Source of the DNA: Felis catus | Lineage: Eukaryota | Length of the DNA stretch: 64,000 bases | Assembly: GCF_018350175.1 (NCBI RefSeq) | Contig: NC_058369.1 | Coordinates: 24,120,001-24,184,000, forward strand | Reading direction: 5' to 3' | Shown here: positions 1 through 12,322 of the stretch, one piece after another | Numbering within the stretch: the first letter of the stretch is position 1 | Layout of the letters: every line of letters begins with the position of its first letter | Program-made: the position numbers and the translations under genes | The notes under the pieces: model-generated | Seen by the model: the letters and a program-made list of their open reading frames with translations, nothing else | Database searches by the model: none | Told to the model about the DNA's origin: nothing

Positions 1-621
1 CCTGTCTACCTATTAAATTACAATGCTAGTTGGAATAGCCTGAGCAAGCACACACAGATAGATTTTATGTACGTATCTCATGGCCTTCAATTCCTTTTAG
101 CTACAGATATCAAATTCACCTGTCACAAATTAAATAATTGAGCTTTGGTTACTGAAATGTAAGCTTATTAACCAGCATTAATAAAACCAAACATATAGAA
201 TGATGTTCTTAATATTATTTTAATAAAATCCCTTTTACATAGGAGTAAACTGAACAAAGATGAAACATTAGGAAATGTTTTAGCAAGAGGTTTTAGATAT
301 TTTTTAAGTAAAAGAATAATCTTACACACAAGGGAAAGGGAATATTGTGTTCTTCTATTAAGATACAGTGTTGGGGACTGTTAGTTCCTTCCAGTATGGG
401 AATAATGACTGGCAGTTAGAATAGTAACCAATAAAAAGCAAACTAAATGGGGAAGTGTTGGAGGTGGGGGGAAAGAATCGTACATGAAATACAGTCAAAG
501 GCTCTCCTCTGACCTTGGTTCCTAAAAGGGTTCTCAGGCTACAGGAAGGTACACTGCATTTTCTATGTCCATCTTTACCCCAAAGAGCTATGAGGGTCCT
601 TACCTTTGGAAATAGCTTTCT

Positions 622-885
622 TTTTTTTTTTTCTTTTTTTTTTTTTCTTTTTTTTTCCAACGGTTTTTTTTTTCCCTTTTTATTTATTTATTTATTTTTG
701 GGACAGAGAGAGACAGAGCATGAACGGGGGAGGGGCAGAGAGAGAGGGAGACACAGAATCGGAAACAGGCTCCAGGCTCCGAGCCATCAACCCAGAGCCT
801 GATGCGGGGCTGGAACTCACGGACCGCGAGATCGTGACCTGGCTGAAGTCAGACGCTTAACTGACTGCGCCACCCAGGCGCCCCG
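622..885 (-). mobile_element. Young felid Can-SINE (SINEC_Fc-like), full length
   Basis: Minus strand has the GGGGCGCCTGGGTGGCGCAGTCAGTTAAGCG head, a (CT)n region and a long A tail. Perfect 15-bp TSD TGGAAATAGCTTTCT at 607-621 and 886-900. Confidence 0.95.
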
Positions 886-939
886 TGGAAATAGCTTTCT
901 AAGGATATCCCAAATTTCTTACAGAAGAAACTACTTTAT

Positions 940-1170
940 TCATGTATTTATTCATTTATTTGCTTATTTATGAGTTTGTTCATCTCCTTCATTCATTTCA
1001 CTAAAATGTAAGCTTCATCAGGTAAAACATTTTTCTGTTTGTTCACCTAGAATAGTACCTGCCACATAGTAGGTGCTCAATGAATATTTATGAATTTTTG
1101 AGCTAATTCATCCTTTCATCCTCAAAAGTTGATGAAATGCCTACCACATGACAGGTTCTAGATATCCAAT
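940..1170. mobile_element. L2 3'-end remnants
   Basis: Contains cctagaatagtacctgccacatagtaggtgctcaatgaatattt, typical of the L2 3' end. Confidence 0.6.
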
Positions 1171-1439
1171 ATGAAAAAGAAATTCCACTATAAATAAAAT
1201 AAAGCCAACTGATGAGAATCTTCAAATTAGAGGAATCAAGCAATGTTTTCTCATTCTAAATTTTGGTCTGAATTTAAACTAGGAAGATAATCTCCTGCCC
1301 TGCCCAAGAAGAATGGGAGGGAAAAAATGTAGACCAGTATGGCACATGTCCCAAAATTATATAACACAAAACAAAACCCTGTTTAAAAATGAAACAGCTG
1401 GGTGTAGCTATCAAAAGGTAGGGATCTTTGCAATGATAG

Positions 1440-1680
1440 AACAGTTCTGTATCTTGACTGTGACAGTGACTACACAAATTTATATCCATGTTGAAATTGC
1501 ATATAACTAGATACACACACACACGAGTGCATGTAAAACCAGAGAAATCTTAATAAAGTTGGTAAATTGTATTTCCTGGTGTGATGTTGTGCTATAATTA
1601 TGCAAGATGTTACCACTGAGGAAAATGATTTCTTATAACAGCATACGAATCTACAATTACTTAAAAATAGGTTAACAAAA
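1440..1680 (+). mobile_element. Old L1 (L1MC-type) 3' UTR fragment
   Basis: Contains gtgatgttgtgctataattatgcaagatgttaccactgagg...gaatctacaatta, an L1MC 3' signature. Confidence 0.65.
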
Positions 1681-1715
1681 CAAAAGAGCAGAATACTTAT
1701 CAAAACATTCTTTAT

Positions 1716-1935
1716 GGGGTTCCTGGGTGGCTCAGTTGGTTGAGTATCAGACTTTGGTTCAGGTCATGATCTCGCAGCTCATGAGTTCAAGCCCCACATC
1801 GGGCTCTGTGCTGACAGCTGAGAGCCTGGAGCCTGCTTCAGACTCTGTGTCTCCCTGTCTTTCTGACCCTCCCCCACTTGCACTCTGTCTCTCAAAAATG
1901 AATAAACATTAAAAAAATTAAAAACAAAACAAAAC
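1716..1935 (+). mobile_element. Can-SINE (felid)
   Basis: GGGGTTCCTGGGTGGCTCAG head and A-rich tail. TSD CAAAAC[A/G]TTCTTTAT. Confidence 0.92.
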
Positions 1936-3499
1936 AAAACGTTCTTTATATTGACAAAACATTGGAACCAAGGTAAATGTCCAATAAAGAAGTGAACCTA
2001 TGTGACAATATATTAAGTAATTAAAAATAATACAATTCTATGTGACACAGAGGCTGTTCACCACTCAGTAAGCAAAAGAAGCAGGATTTACAAAATATGA
2101 GATTACAACTGAATTCTGCTAAAAAGTAAAGATACACCAAATGCCACAGCGTCTGTCTCCGCATGGTAGGATCATGGGTGATTTTGTTTTTTATTTTGTC
2201 TTCATATTTCTTTATTTTTCTTTTCTAAAATGAATCCTACTACCAGAAGAAATATCTAAAATGCTGTCTCTGCTATGTATGGGGCTTAGGTGAATTCTGT
2301 GTAGCTCTGAACAAAAACCAAACCAAGTGGGAAGATTCCATGGAAAGCCATTTCAGTTCCATATAAGAACCAGTGAGGTACCTACATGTGCTCATGGCTT
2401 CCAATGAAAATGGTGTTCACCAGGGACTGGTGAATGCCCTATTAGTGATTATGTGGACAGGAGTCTGGTTTATGCACACTGGGAGGTTGGACCCAGCTGC
2501 TTTCCAATTTTAAAACTCTGTGCCATTTGATTTTACAACGAATTTAACAGACACCACCTTTCATTTCAAAAGCCCCTTTTATGTTTCAAAGCACTTTCAC
2601 ATACGCTGGTTTATATTCCTTTCAGTACTTTTTTTAAAAAAATCCTGTCTGCACAACAATTCTATAGAGTAGGCAAAGCAGTTATTATCACCTCTATGTT
2701 ACTGAAGACAAAACTGAGGTAACCAGAGAGTGATCTTGCAATGTTATGGATGAGCTAATAGAGCTCATCTCCTTTCTCTTGACTCACAGCGTTACCTCTC
2801 TGTCCTCTAACACCACATAGCCTCTCTCTTCCCAACCAGGGTTTGGAAATGGTTATACTTCACCTAAAGTTGTTTACATGATGCCTGTCAGTTGAAAGAA
2901 AACCAACAATGCTTGACACAGAGTGACAGTAAGTATTGATAGGGATATACCCAACTTTTTGTTTCCACTAACTTACATTGACTCAGTTAATGTCAAGTAA
3001 CCAACATGTCACCTCAGCTTAAAAAGTCAAGACTGGTCAAACCAGTTGGTTGCCTTGAATAGCCCAGGAGGCTTATGAATCTAGTTGGGGTTGTTGGTCA
3101 ATATAACTACCCTGTACCTGTGTCCCCACAGTCCCGGGACAGAGCCCATAAGTGGGGCTTCTGGGCCAGTTAAATAGTGAATAGGGTCCATATTGGACTT
3201 AATGAAGCAGGGCTTTGTTACTTTTACCAAAGGAATTAACAGAGGAATTCTGTATTTATTTTGCAGTGGCAGAAGATTAAGCACTTGAGCAATAATGTGG
3301 CAATTCACCAAAAGAGGTCTTAGTTAGGTGCTATCTGAAATCATGAAATTAAGTGGGAAAACATACACATGGAAAAGGTTTATATGTTTAAGAAAAATAA
3401 ATCCAAATTTTAGATAAATGATACTCTTCACAAAGTATACTAAACAAATGACATATTTTCATTGGCTGATAGCGTCATTTATACACATGTATCATTTTC

Positions 3500-3680
3500 C
3501 ATGTGCCAAGCCCTCCTGAGTGCCTCTCCTCTCAACCACTCCATGAAAGTCATTATGGGAGGAAACAGAAGGGTCAGCAATGTTAAGGTCATTTCCCCTA
3601 AACCATACAGCCGCCAAGTGGAAGCTACAGGATTCCAACCTAGGTCTGATGATTGCCAAACCAAGATGCTTCACCATTAT
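3500..3680 (-). mobile_element. MIR
   Basis: Degenerate MIR core: ggaaacagaagggtcagcaatgttaagg...ggattccaacctaggtctg. Confidence 0.55.
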
Positions 3681-5440
3681 TTGTTCTCTGGAAACGTTGA
3701 AAGTATAAGTCCTTTTTATAAACAGGAAGTAATGGAAGTCTCCTTCAAAAGGCATAATAAATCACTCCAGGAGATACAGAGTTAATCTGAGAATAGCTGG
3801 AGAACAATGAGAGAATCTAGGCTGAACTTTATACATCACAACATACAAGGAGGCAGAAAGTGGGACTGGTGAATGGAAAAGAATAAAGGCTGATGGTATC
3901 AATGTACTGTTATTGTTAATAAATTATTGATCAAGCCAGTAATGTCACAGATGTTTAAAATACTTTTCTTCTTAGCTATGTAAAATCCACTTTTCACCTT
4001 TAATCTATTCACTCATTCAATAAACAATTACTGAGCATTTACCATATGCTAGGAACTGTTCTAGGCAGTATGATAACCACAGTGACTCAAACTGATGAAA
4101 GTTCCAGGCTTGGTGGAATTCACATAAGCTCCATGAGAAAATAAGATAGTAGAAAGGGAACCTGAGGTAGAAGATTTTGGTTTTAATCTTGGCCAGATGG
4201 CCTTAAGCAAATTACTTGAAATCTCGCTAAATATCAGTTCCCTTACTTCTAAACTGAGGATAATAATATCTATTTTTATTACATATTACTTTATTAGAAA
4301 AAGGCGAGTTTATACAGGAAAAAAACTACTTATTCTTTGGTCTTGGAGAAACTGAGGTAGTTGACAAGGAATAAAAGTTTTGTCCTCATTGTTAAATCCT
4401 TCAAAATATTTCATTCCATATTTTCCATGATCTAAGCTTTCTGTGTTTAATGTTAACCATGTGTAAGACTTGTGGGGTCAGGATAAGGTCATGCTTCTAT
4501 ACCTAGCCACCAATTTCAAAGTCTATGTTACAGGCTTAAGATGCCATAATTATGTATGTTTCCCTTACTGTGGAAGGAAGTTAAATTTAAATTATATCTT
4601 AGTGATCATTTCTTCTTAACCTATAGAGAGATGCTGCTTCTTGCCTACTTCTTTAGGAACAGATCCAGAGCAAGTGATTATTTCTAAAACCTTTGAGTAA
4701 TTTTCTTTCCTCTGTTCTTCCATGGTGATATTATTTCATTGTAAGAATGAAATAAGAGCTAGGTAGAGATAGGTGTGTCATAGGCCCACAGGAAGGATCA
4801 CTGCCCAGCAGGAGGCCACACTTTATTGATTAAATCAAAGAAAGATTGGTTCCAGTCTCCCCCTACCCCTTACCTACCCTACCCTCGGGTGAGGAGGAGG
4901 AAGTAGCAGGGGGATTTCCAAGTGTGTTTTTATCAGCCCAGCAAATCAGAGTCCTTGCTTTCTAAACAAAGAGGTGCCAACCTTGAGACTCTATGAAAGC
5001 CAACACAAGCTATGCATTGTACACATGTGAAAAGAATATAATTAGCAAAGTTATAGTCACAATTAGGAAATACCTCCTCAGAAAGGTTTCCAATTAACTT
5101 TGAGCAGCACTCAAATTACTATTGTGCTTAACGAGGCCTCTGTCTCTTAGCCAGCTCAAACCTTTGAGACAAATCTAAGAATAACAGCGCAGTCCACAAA
5201 ACACAGACACACAAAATTTAATGCTGGACTTTTTTTGAATAACAAATATGAAGAATGTGCAAATTGGGACATGGAAGCTATATTGAAAGAATAAGAAGCA
5301 TGGTTACAGAAATGAATAGTCAAGTGTTGGCTAAATTATTCTTTCTTCAAGCTCTCTCCTCGTCTTCTCTAGCCTTCCCTTCCCCATCCCGAAAGAAAAG
5401 TTAGGAAAGAGAATGTAGGAAAACAAAAATGGGTACTCAC

Positions 5441-5601
5441 TTCATCTCCAGGATCTCCTCCAGTTGTTTTCTCCTTTCTATTCGGAGGTTAGCCAAATGG
5501 GCTTCTTTTTCAGCCAGGGACTGCTGTGTGGAGGCTAGGCGTGCCTTGGTGGCATCTAGTTCCTGTCTGGTCTTCTCCAATGCATTCATCAGTTCCTCTA
5601 T
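5441..5601 (-). CDS. ERC2: Internal coding exon of ERC2 (ELKS/RAB6-interacting/CAST family member 2; CAST1), C-terminal coiled-coil region
   Basis: Minus strand reads acceptor TTCCCTGTACCTTTCAG|ATAGAGGAA and donor GAGATGAA|GTGAGT. The 161 nt are 53 codons plus AA, encoding IEELMNALEKTRQELDATKARLASTQQSLAEKEAHLANLRIERRKQLEEILEM(K). I recall this peptide as ERC2; the paralog ERC1 reads VEELLMAMEKVKQELESMKAKLSS. Start phase 0, end phase 2. Confidence 0.95.
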
Positions 5602-7879
5602 CTGAAAGGTACAGGGAACATGGTGCATTATTTCTCCTTCATTGAAGCACAAGGCCTTCTTTGCAAGTCTGTATTCTGACAACACACACACAAAGGAATC
5701 ATAGCCATTCTTGAACAGGTACTGTAACTTAGAGCCCATTCTTTCTTTGTCACTGGTTGAAAATAAATGTTTCAAACACAAGAAATATGCAAATTTCTCC
5801 AAGGTCCTCTTTCAATTGAATTGTCCAATAACCTTTATAGAAACTATTTAATATATTTATTAGAAGTAGAAGGTAACTGGCTTGACCCATTTTCAACCTG
5901 TGTTTGGCAAAAGTCTCAGATACTGCCTCACAGTTGGCGGAAGGCAACACTCAAAATGCATTTGCCCAGCACAATATACTTTTGTGTGTAGGCCCCAGAG
6001 TATTCTGACAGGAAGTTAATCTACGTGTTTCAGATTCATTCATGTTTTAACCTATCAAAACCTTGTTTGGCAAAAGCGATTTGATGTCCAAGGGGCCTCA
6101 GGAGTCCCCTCTCACCTCACATCCCTGCCTCACTTTCAGGAAGCAAGGTTTGGCCAAAGGTAAACAGAATTCCAGCCACAAAAGGTTCAAGTTTGATTTG
6201 CCCCTGAAGTTTGAGAGGGTTCTAAACTTGAAATAAATGACATGTAACTTTTATAGGGTGCTAATACACCATAGAAATAAGCCAGACTATCAAATATCCA
6301 GGATTTTTAGCCAGGTCCCAAAAAATTGGACCAGGGAGCCCCAAGGCAAGGCTTTATCCTCCCCAAACCATTGGGGGCTTTTAAAAGCCAACACACAACA
6401 AAAAGGGCTGGTGTTTATGGTTCTGCACCAGAGACTTCCGTGGAGCAAGCCAGTGAAATGCCATCCCTTGCACAGATGCATGCCGCATCCACCCTGCTGA
6501 TTTAAAACCATGGTTCCAGGAAGTTTCTAGATTCCAGAGTTGATGTTTGGGTTTCTAAGCCACCCTCCTTCCAGCTGAACTTGGCAGAATGGGATCATCC
6601 ATCACTAAAGTCAACAGAAAGCCCTTCAAAATGTGTCAATGACATGTTAAGTTCCAATTCATAAAGACTTTCTACACAATTTCTTCAGTTTTACATGGAA
6701 TTTACTCAGAATAAGCATTATAGTTCACATCCAAGGTAAATCACATGCTTTTAAGATTCAGAAAACCCTCCATTTTCCCTGATAAAAAGAGGAATTTGAT
6801 AACCATAGAATGTAAATCAAAGCCAAAACCAAAAAGAGTTTAAAAAGCAAGGAATATGAGGATTAACCATGAAAGTCCCAGAACTACACCTGCTTAATTG
6901 TAGAATAAATAGTATTATTATTTAACTTTAGAAACATACAAAATTTAAAAAGCAATCATAATTTGTTTCTCATATAAATTTATAGAATATTATAAATATG
7001 ACTAGCAGCCCTTCTATCAAGAAGTGCTTGGTGAGACTGAAGCAGGTTTTTTTCCTCCTTTCCCTCTGCCCCCATTTTTGATAGCAGTGTAAAAAAATAT
7101 CAGAATTATGGTCATTCCAAGTACCAACAAATATTCAGTCTGTCTAACCCTCTATGGGATGGCCTGTGTCTTCATGTCCCTGTTTCCTTTCATAAATCGC
7201 TCTCTATTCAAATGCACTATTGATCTCAGAGAACAGGGAGAGTATCCAGGATTCTCACTTGCTAAATCTCTCTCTCATGAAGTTGAAGCTGACCTGTCTG
7301 CAATCCATAGACACAGAGCTACTCAACTGGGTTTCCCAGTTCTTAGTTCATCTGCTACCGTACTATTTGGGGCCAGCCCCAACTAATTTTATATTAACCC
7401 AATTGTAACAATTACACCTTAAAGTAATGACTTGCAGACTTCCCTGGCCATTTCAGCAATAACCACATAGAGAAACATGGGCACCTAAGAGATGCAGTCC
7501 AGCGTTTTTACTGATGGAGATGCCATTGGCTTCCAGCATCAATAAATAACTCCTAGTGTGAGGTGAGACTCCTATTCTCAACAGCTTGCACCAGAGTCTC
7601 CAACAGTTTCCCAGGCCAAGGTTTCCCACTCCTCCAAATTCACATACCCCAGGCCAGTGAGCATGGCACACTGAGGACCATTGGGGCTACTGGCGTCAGG
7701 TACATAGTTCTAGTCTTCACACAGACACTGTTTCTCCCTGTGATTCTGTACAAATGACCACTTGATTCTTTGAGCTGCAGCTTCCTAGGTGATGCCCATG
7801 ATACCTCCTCTGCTAAATGCCTGGAGTTCTGCAAACTATTTCCCTTGCTACCACAGCGGGAGCTTTAAAAAAAAGAAAT

Positions 7880-9270
7880 ATTTTCCCTGTTGTGGCTGAC
7901 ATATTCTAGTTCTCCTTCTTTGGGGCACATGGTAGGGCCACACTCCCCTCTCCATTTTTTTTTAAAATTTATTTTAATTTTTTTTAATATATGAAATTTA
8001 GTGTCAAATTGGTTTCCATACAACACCCAGTGCTCATCCCAAAAGATGCCCTCCTCAATACCCATCACCCACCCTCCCCTCCCTCCCACCCCCCATCAAC
8101 CCTCAGTTTGTTCTCAGTTTTTTAAGAGTCTCTTATGCTTTGGCTCTCTCCCACTCTAACCTCTTTTTTTTTCCCCCTTCTCCTCCCCCATGGCTTTCTG
8201 TTAAGTTTCTCAGGATCCACATAAGAGTGAAAACATATGGTATCTGTCTTTCTCTGTATGGCTTATTTCACTTAGCATAACACTCTCCAGTTCCATCCAC
8301 GTTGCTACAAAGGGCCATATTTCATTCTTTCTCATTGCCACGTAGTACTCCATTGTGTATATAAACCACAATTTCTTTATCCATTCATCAGTTGATGGAC
8401 ATTTAGGCTTTTTCCACAATTTGACTATTGTTGAAAGCGCTGCTATAAACATTGGGGTACAAGTGCCCCTATGCATCAGCACTCCTGTATCCCTTGGGTA
8501 AATTCCTAGCAGTGCTACTGCTGGGTCATAGGGTAGGTCTATTTTTAATTTTTTGAGGAACCTCCACACTGTTTTCCAGAGTGGCTGCACCAGTTTGCAT
8601 TCCCACCAACAGTGCAAGAGGGTTCCTGTTTCTCTGCATCCTCTCCAGCATCTATAGTCTCCTGATTTGTTCATTTTGGCCACTCTGACTGGCGTGAGGT
8701 GATATCTGAGTGTGGTTTTGATTTGTATTTCCCTGATGAGAAGCAACGTTCAGCATCTTTTCATGTGCCTGTTGGCCATCCAGATGTCTTCTTTAGAGAA
8801 GTGTCTACTCATGTTTTCTGCCCATTTCTTCACTGGATTATTTGTTTTTCGGGTGTGGAGTTTGGTGAGCTCTTTATAGATTTTGGATACTAGCCCTTTG
8901 TCCGACATGTCATTTGCAAATATCTTTTCCCATTCCGTTGGTTGCCTTTTAGTTTTGTTGATTGTTTCCTTTGCTGTGCAGAAGCTTTTTATCTTCATGA
9001 GGTCCCAACAGTTCATTTTTGCTTTTAATTCCCTTGCCTTTGGGGATGTTCCCCTCTCCCTTTTAACTGGGGTGGGTCTTTGGCCAATAAAATAATGTCA
9101 TTTCCAGGTGGAAAAATTTAAGTGCTAGTACTCAACCCCAATTTTCCCTTTTCTCTGTGACTATAGAAGCATGTTTCAGATGACGCCTCCTTCAGCCTGA
9201 GTCCCTGAGTAACCACAATGAAGCCCAAAGCCAACCCACATCATACAAGCAAGATAGTAACCTTTGGTGC
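7880..9270 (+). mobile_element. MaLR LTR (MLT1I/J-like), interrupted by the L1 at 7955-9049 and 3'-truncated at the next L1
   Basis: Joining the flanks gives ttctccttctttggggcacatggtagggccacactcccctctcc|ttttaactgggg...ttggccaataaaat...cttcagcctgagtccctgagt...caagatagtaacctttg, which follows the MLT1J-type consensus as recalled. Confidence 0.65.
7955..9049 (-). mobile_element. 5'-truncated young felid L1 (L1_Fc-like): ORF2 C-terminus, 3' UTR and A tail
   Basis: ORFs 8750-9016 and 8210-8746 are contiguous L1 ORF2 ([24 protein letters not shown]...CWRGC...[14 protein letters not shown]...HMFSLLCGS*) split by one in-frame TGA. TSD TCCCCTCTCC[A/C]TTTT starts at 7944 and 9050. Confidence 0.95.
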
Positions 9271-9780
9271 TATTTCGGAGGTACACATGCACCCCGATGT
9301 TTATAGCAGCACTATCAACAATAGCCAAAGTATGGAAAGAGCCCAAACATCCATTTTTGGATAAATGGATAAAGAAAATGTGGTTTACATATACAATGGA
9401 ATATTACTCAGCAAACAAAAAAGAATGAAATCTTGCCATTTGCAACTACGTGGATGGAACTGGAGGGTATTGTGCTAAGTGAAATTAATCAGTCAGAGAA
9501 AGACAAAAATCATATTACTTCACTCATATGAGGACTTTAAGAGACAAAACAGATGAACATAAGGGAAGGGTAACAAAAATAACATAAAAACAGGGAGGAG
9601 GACAAAACAGAAGAGACTCATAAATATGGAGAACAAACTGAGGGTTACTGGAGGGGTTGTGGGAGAGGGGATGGGCTAAATGGGTAAGGGGCACTAAGGA
9701 ATCTACTCCTGAAATCATTGTTTCACTATATGCTAACTAATTTGGATATAAATTAAAAAAAATAAAATTAAAAAAAATTT
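9268..9780 (+). mobile_element. 5'-truncated carnivore L1 3' end (different, older subfamily)
   Basis: Contains cacatgcaccccgatgtttatagcagcactatcaacaatagccaaagtatggaaagagccc...gagaacaaactgagggtt..., followed by an A-rich tail. Confidence 0.9.
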
Positions 9781-10467
9781 TTTTAAATAGTCTCTTGTAA
9801 ACACAGGGGTCATATCCACCCTCATTTTCTTCAAACCAACTCTTCCCTTGGGTTCTCTGAAGCTCTCTTTTAGATTGGGAACCTACTTCCCATGTTTCTT
9901 TTGTAAATTCTTCATCTTCCTGTAGTCTATAATTGGATCCTTCCTCTTATTATTCATTACTAGAGACATTTTCTTCACCCATGTGGATTCTTAGGAGGAG
10001 AATTGAGGTCTGTCTCCACAGCTCTCACCTATATGCAGATACCTTTCCAAACTTTATCTTTTACTCACTTGACCTCTTTTACATATACCTAACCACCTGT
10101 TGATCACTTTGATTTGAATGTCCTAACATCACTTTAGATTCATTATGATCAAAAGCCAACTCATGACCCATGCACACCTGCCTAAACCAAATCCTTATTA
10201 CCCACTCCTGCCCTCCCAACCTGCCACTCCCTAACACACCCACAAGTCCAACACCCTAACCTTTTCTCAGTCTCTCATGTTTAAGACCTCAGAACTACAT
10301 TTGTTTCTTTCTTCTCTTTCTTCATTTATTTTCCATTTATTATCAAGTCTTAATAGCTCTATTTTGGAAACACTTCTGGGATCTATCATTTCCTTTTATC
10401 ATTACTTTTGATGCCACAAGCTCAGGCCTCTTCCCCTCCCACATTTCTGGAGGGGTTGAAAATAATT

Positions 10468-10519
10468 GCGTGAGTGTGTGTGTGCGTGTGTGTGTGTGTG
10501 TGTGTGTGCGCGTGTGTGT
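10468..10519. repeat. (TG)n microsatellite, interrupted
   Basis: Directly visible. Confidence 0.95.
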
Positions 10520-11898
10520 CTGTTCCTAGCCTTTGTCTCTACCCCTACCCTAAATAAAGACATGGCTTTGCTTGATCAGCTTCTCCCCCATCACAGTATA
10601 TCTCTCAGTGAGGTCCATTGCTGGATTTTAGGATGTGGAATTAGCTAATGGGTAGCAAAGTAAACTTGAGAAACTGAGCACAAAGGTACAGGACTTTGAA
10701 GCACAGGCTATGGTGCTCTATGTAATAAAAAGTGGGAGAAAGAAGTCAGAGGGGAAAGAAGAAGAATGATCCTTGAGACTTGGGACAGAGAGAAGTTTAT
10801 TTTAAGGGCAAAATAAGGAAATTGCAAAGAAGAGAAAAAGGGAAGGAGGAAAAAGTCACTATGGGTTATTCCTGGGGCCCCTTCAATGTTTTCCAAAGAC
10901 ACACATTGAAGAATTAGACTACCCTTTTGATTTTTTTCAGCTGTTTTGACTGTGTGTGTTTGAATGTGTCTTTTAACTGGATCCCTTAGGTCTGGGATTC
11001 AAAGATGTCCCACAGGACTCACTGTCACAACTTATGCCTACTGCCAAAACAATATGCCTAAACCACCAATATTTTGTCAAAAATATCACTGGCCCGGCTC
11101 CAACATCTCAAGGAGCTCCCAATTACCCACAGTAGTGGCCTTCAAATTGTGTTCCCTAGAGCCCCAGGGTTTCCCAAGGGCACCTGTGGCCTGATAACAG
11201 ATCAATGGCATGGGAAGAGGAGTGTGAATTAGCAGGGATCTTTGTCCACCATCCCACATTCACAGGGAGTCGTTCTACTTGTATTTGTTTTATATATAGA
11301 ATTCCACTCAGGATTTAATTTCAAAAATTTTTAAAAAGTTTAACGTATTTTAAAATACTGAGAATGATTAAAAGCATGATTATGAAGCCAGACTGTACTA
11401 AACATACTGTTTTACCATATATGAGTCATAAAACTTTGGGAAAGGGTCTGAGTTTTCTCATCTGTAACAAAATTATTTCTCATAAGAGTTACTACAAGTA
11501 TTAAGTGAAGCAATGAATGTAAAGTTCTTAGTGCAGACACTGGCAATGGCAAATATGAAACCAGTACATTCTTAAAAGAAGAGGTAGTAATGTTAATGAA
11601 ACAGAATTCAGGAAATAGCTTACCACTCACTATCTGTGTCACTCTGAATTATAAAAGTTCAGTGGGCCTCAGGTCCCTCAATTGTGATATAAGGGTAATA
11701 ACAGACCTTAGCTCACAGGACTTTTATAAAGATTCAATGGGTTAACATTTGTGATACCCTAAGAACAATGCCTAGTACTTGGTGTCATAGAAATGTCAGC
11801 TCTTATTAATACAGTGCCTAGTAAGGATTCAACCCATTTTATGTTTAATTATTACTAAGTTCAAATTTTTTGCTTCCTGTCACCTACCCTCAACCGCA

Positions 11899-11967
11899 TA
11901 CACACACACACACAGACACACACACACACACACACACACACAGAGATGCACACGCACACATGCACAC
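11899..11967. repeat. (CA)n microsatellite, interrupted
   Basis: Directly visible. Confidence 0.95.
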
Positions 11968-12135
11968 CCCTGGACTGCCCTATGTTGACCCGCTCCAGTT
12001 ACTGAAATCTTCCATCTTTTAAGTTCTGTCACTTCACAGGATACAGCAATTAAAAACTGGAGCTCTGAAAAGCACATACCTGGTTAAAGCTTTGGTTTCA
12101 CAATAGGATCTCTACAACCTAAGGCCAATCTTAAC

Positions 12136-12322
12136 TCAGTGCTTCCTAAACTTTGTTGCACTTTAGAATCCTTTGGAAAGATGTGAAAAATCCTGATGCC
12201 ATGGTTGCATCTCCACCAATTAAATCCCAGTGTTTGAGGATGGGAGTCAGGCTTTATATTTTATTAAAGTTGCAGATGATTTCAAAGTAATTCCAAAGTG
12301 CAGCCGAGTCTAGATACCCTGG
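12136..12322. mobile_element. MER5A-type hAT-Charlie DNA transposon relic
   Basis: Contains cagtgcttcctaaactttgttgcactttagaatc...ttccaaagtgcagccgagtctagataccctgg. Confidence 0.7.

Larger units (their letters stand above)
1..5440 (-). other. ERC2: ERC2 intron downstream of the exon, continuing beyond the window
   Basis: Begins with the GTGAGT donor at 5440. The next exon (QEALLAAISEK...) was not seen. Confidence 0.8.

Noticed and set aside
358..860. Lys-rich, Phe-rich and ...SLEPASDSVSPSLS... type ORFs here and at other SINEs
   Set aside because: These are translations of Can-SINE bodies and poly(A/T) tails.
5602..5802. N-terminal 67 aa of the 121-aa ORF 5437..5802
   Set aside because: This is intronic read-through upstream of the splice acceptor at 5602-5603. 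Only 5441-5601 matches ERC2.
8210..9016. 178-aa and 88-aa ORFs as a host gene or active L1
   Set aside because: They are the C-terminus of L1 ORF2 in a 5'-truncated copy with a premature stop. There is no promoter, ORF1, endonuclease or RT core.
7955..9780. Single twin-primed (5'-inverted) L1 insertion
   Set aside because: Both pieces are 3' ends with their own tails and differ in sequence. The first has its own TSD, and LTR sequence separates them.
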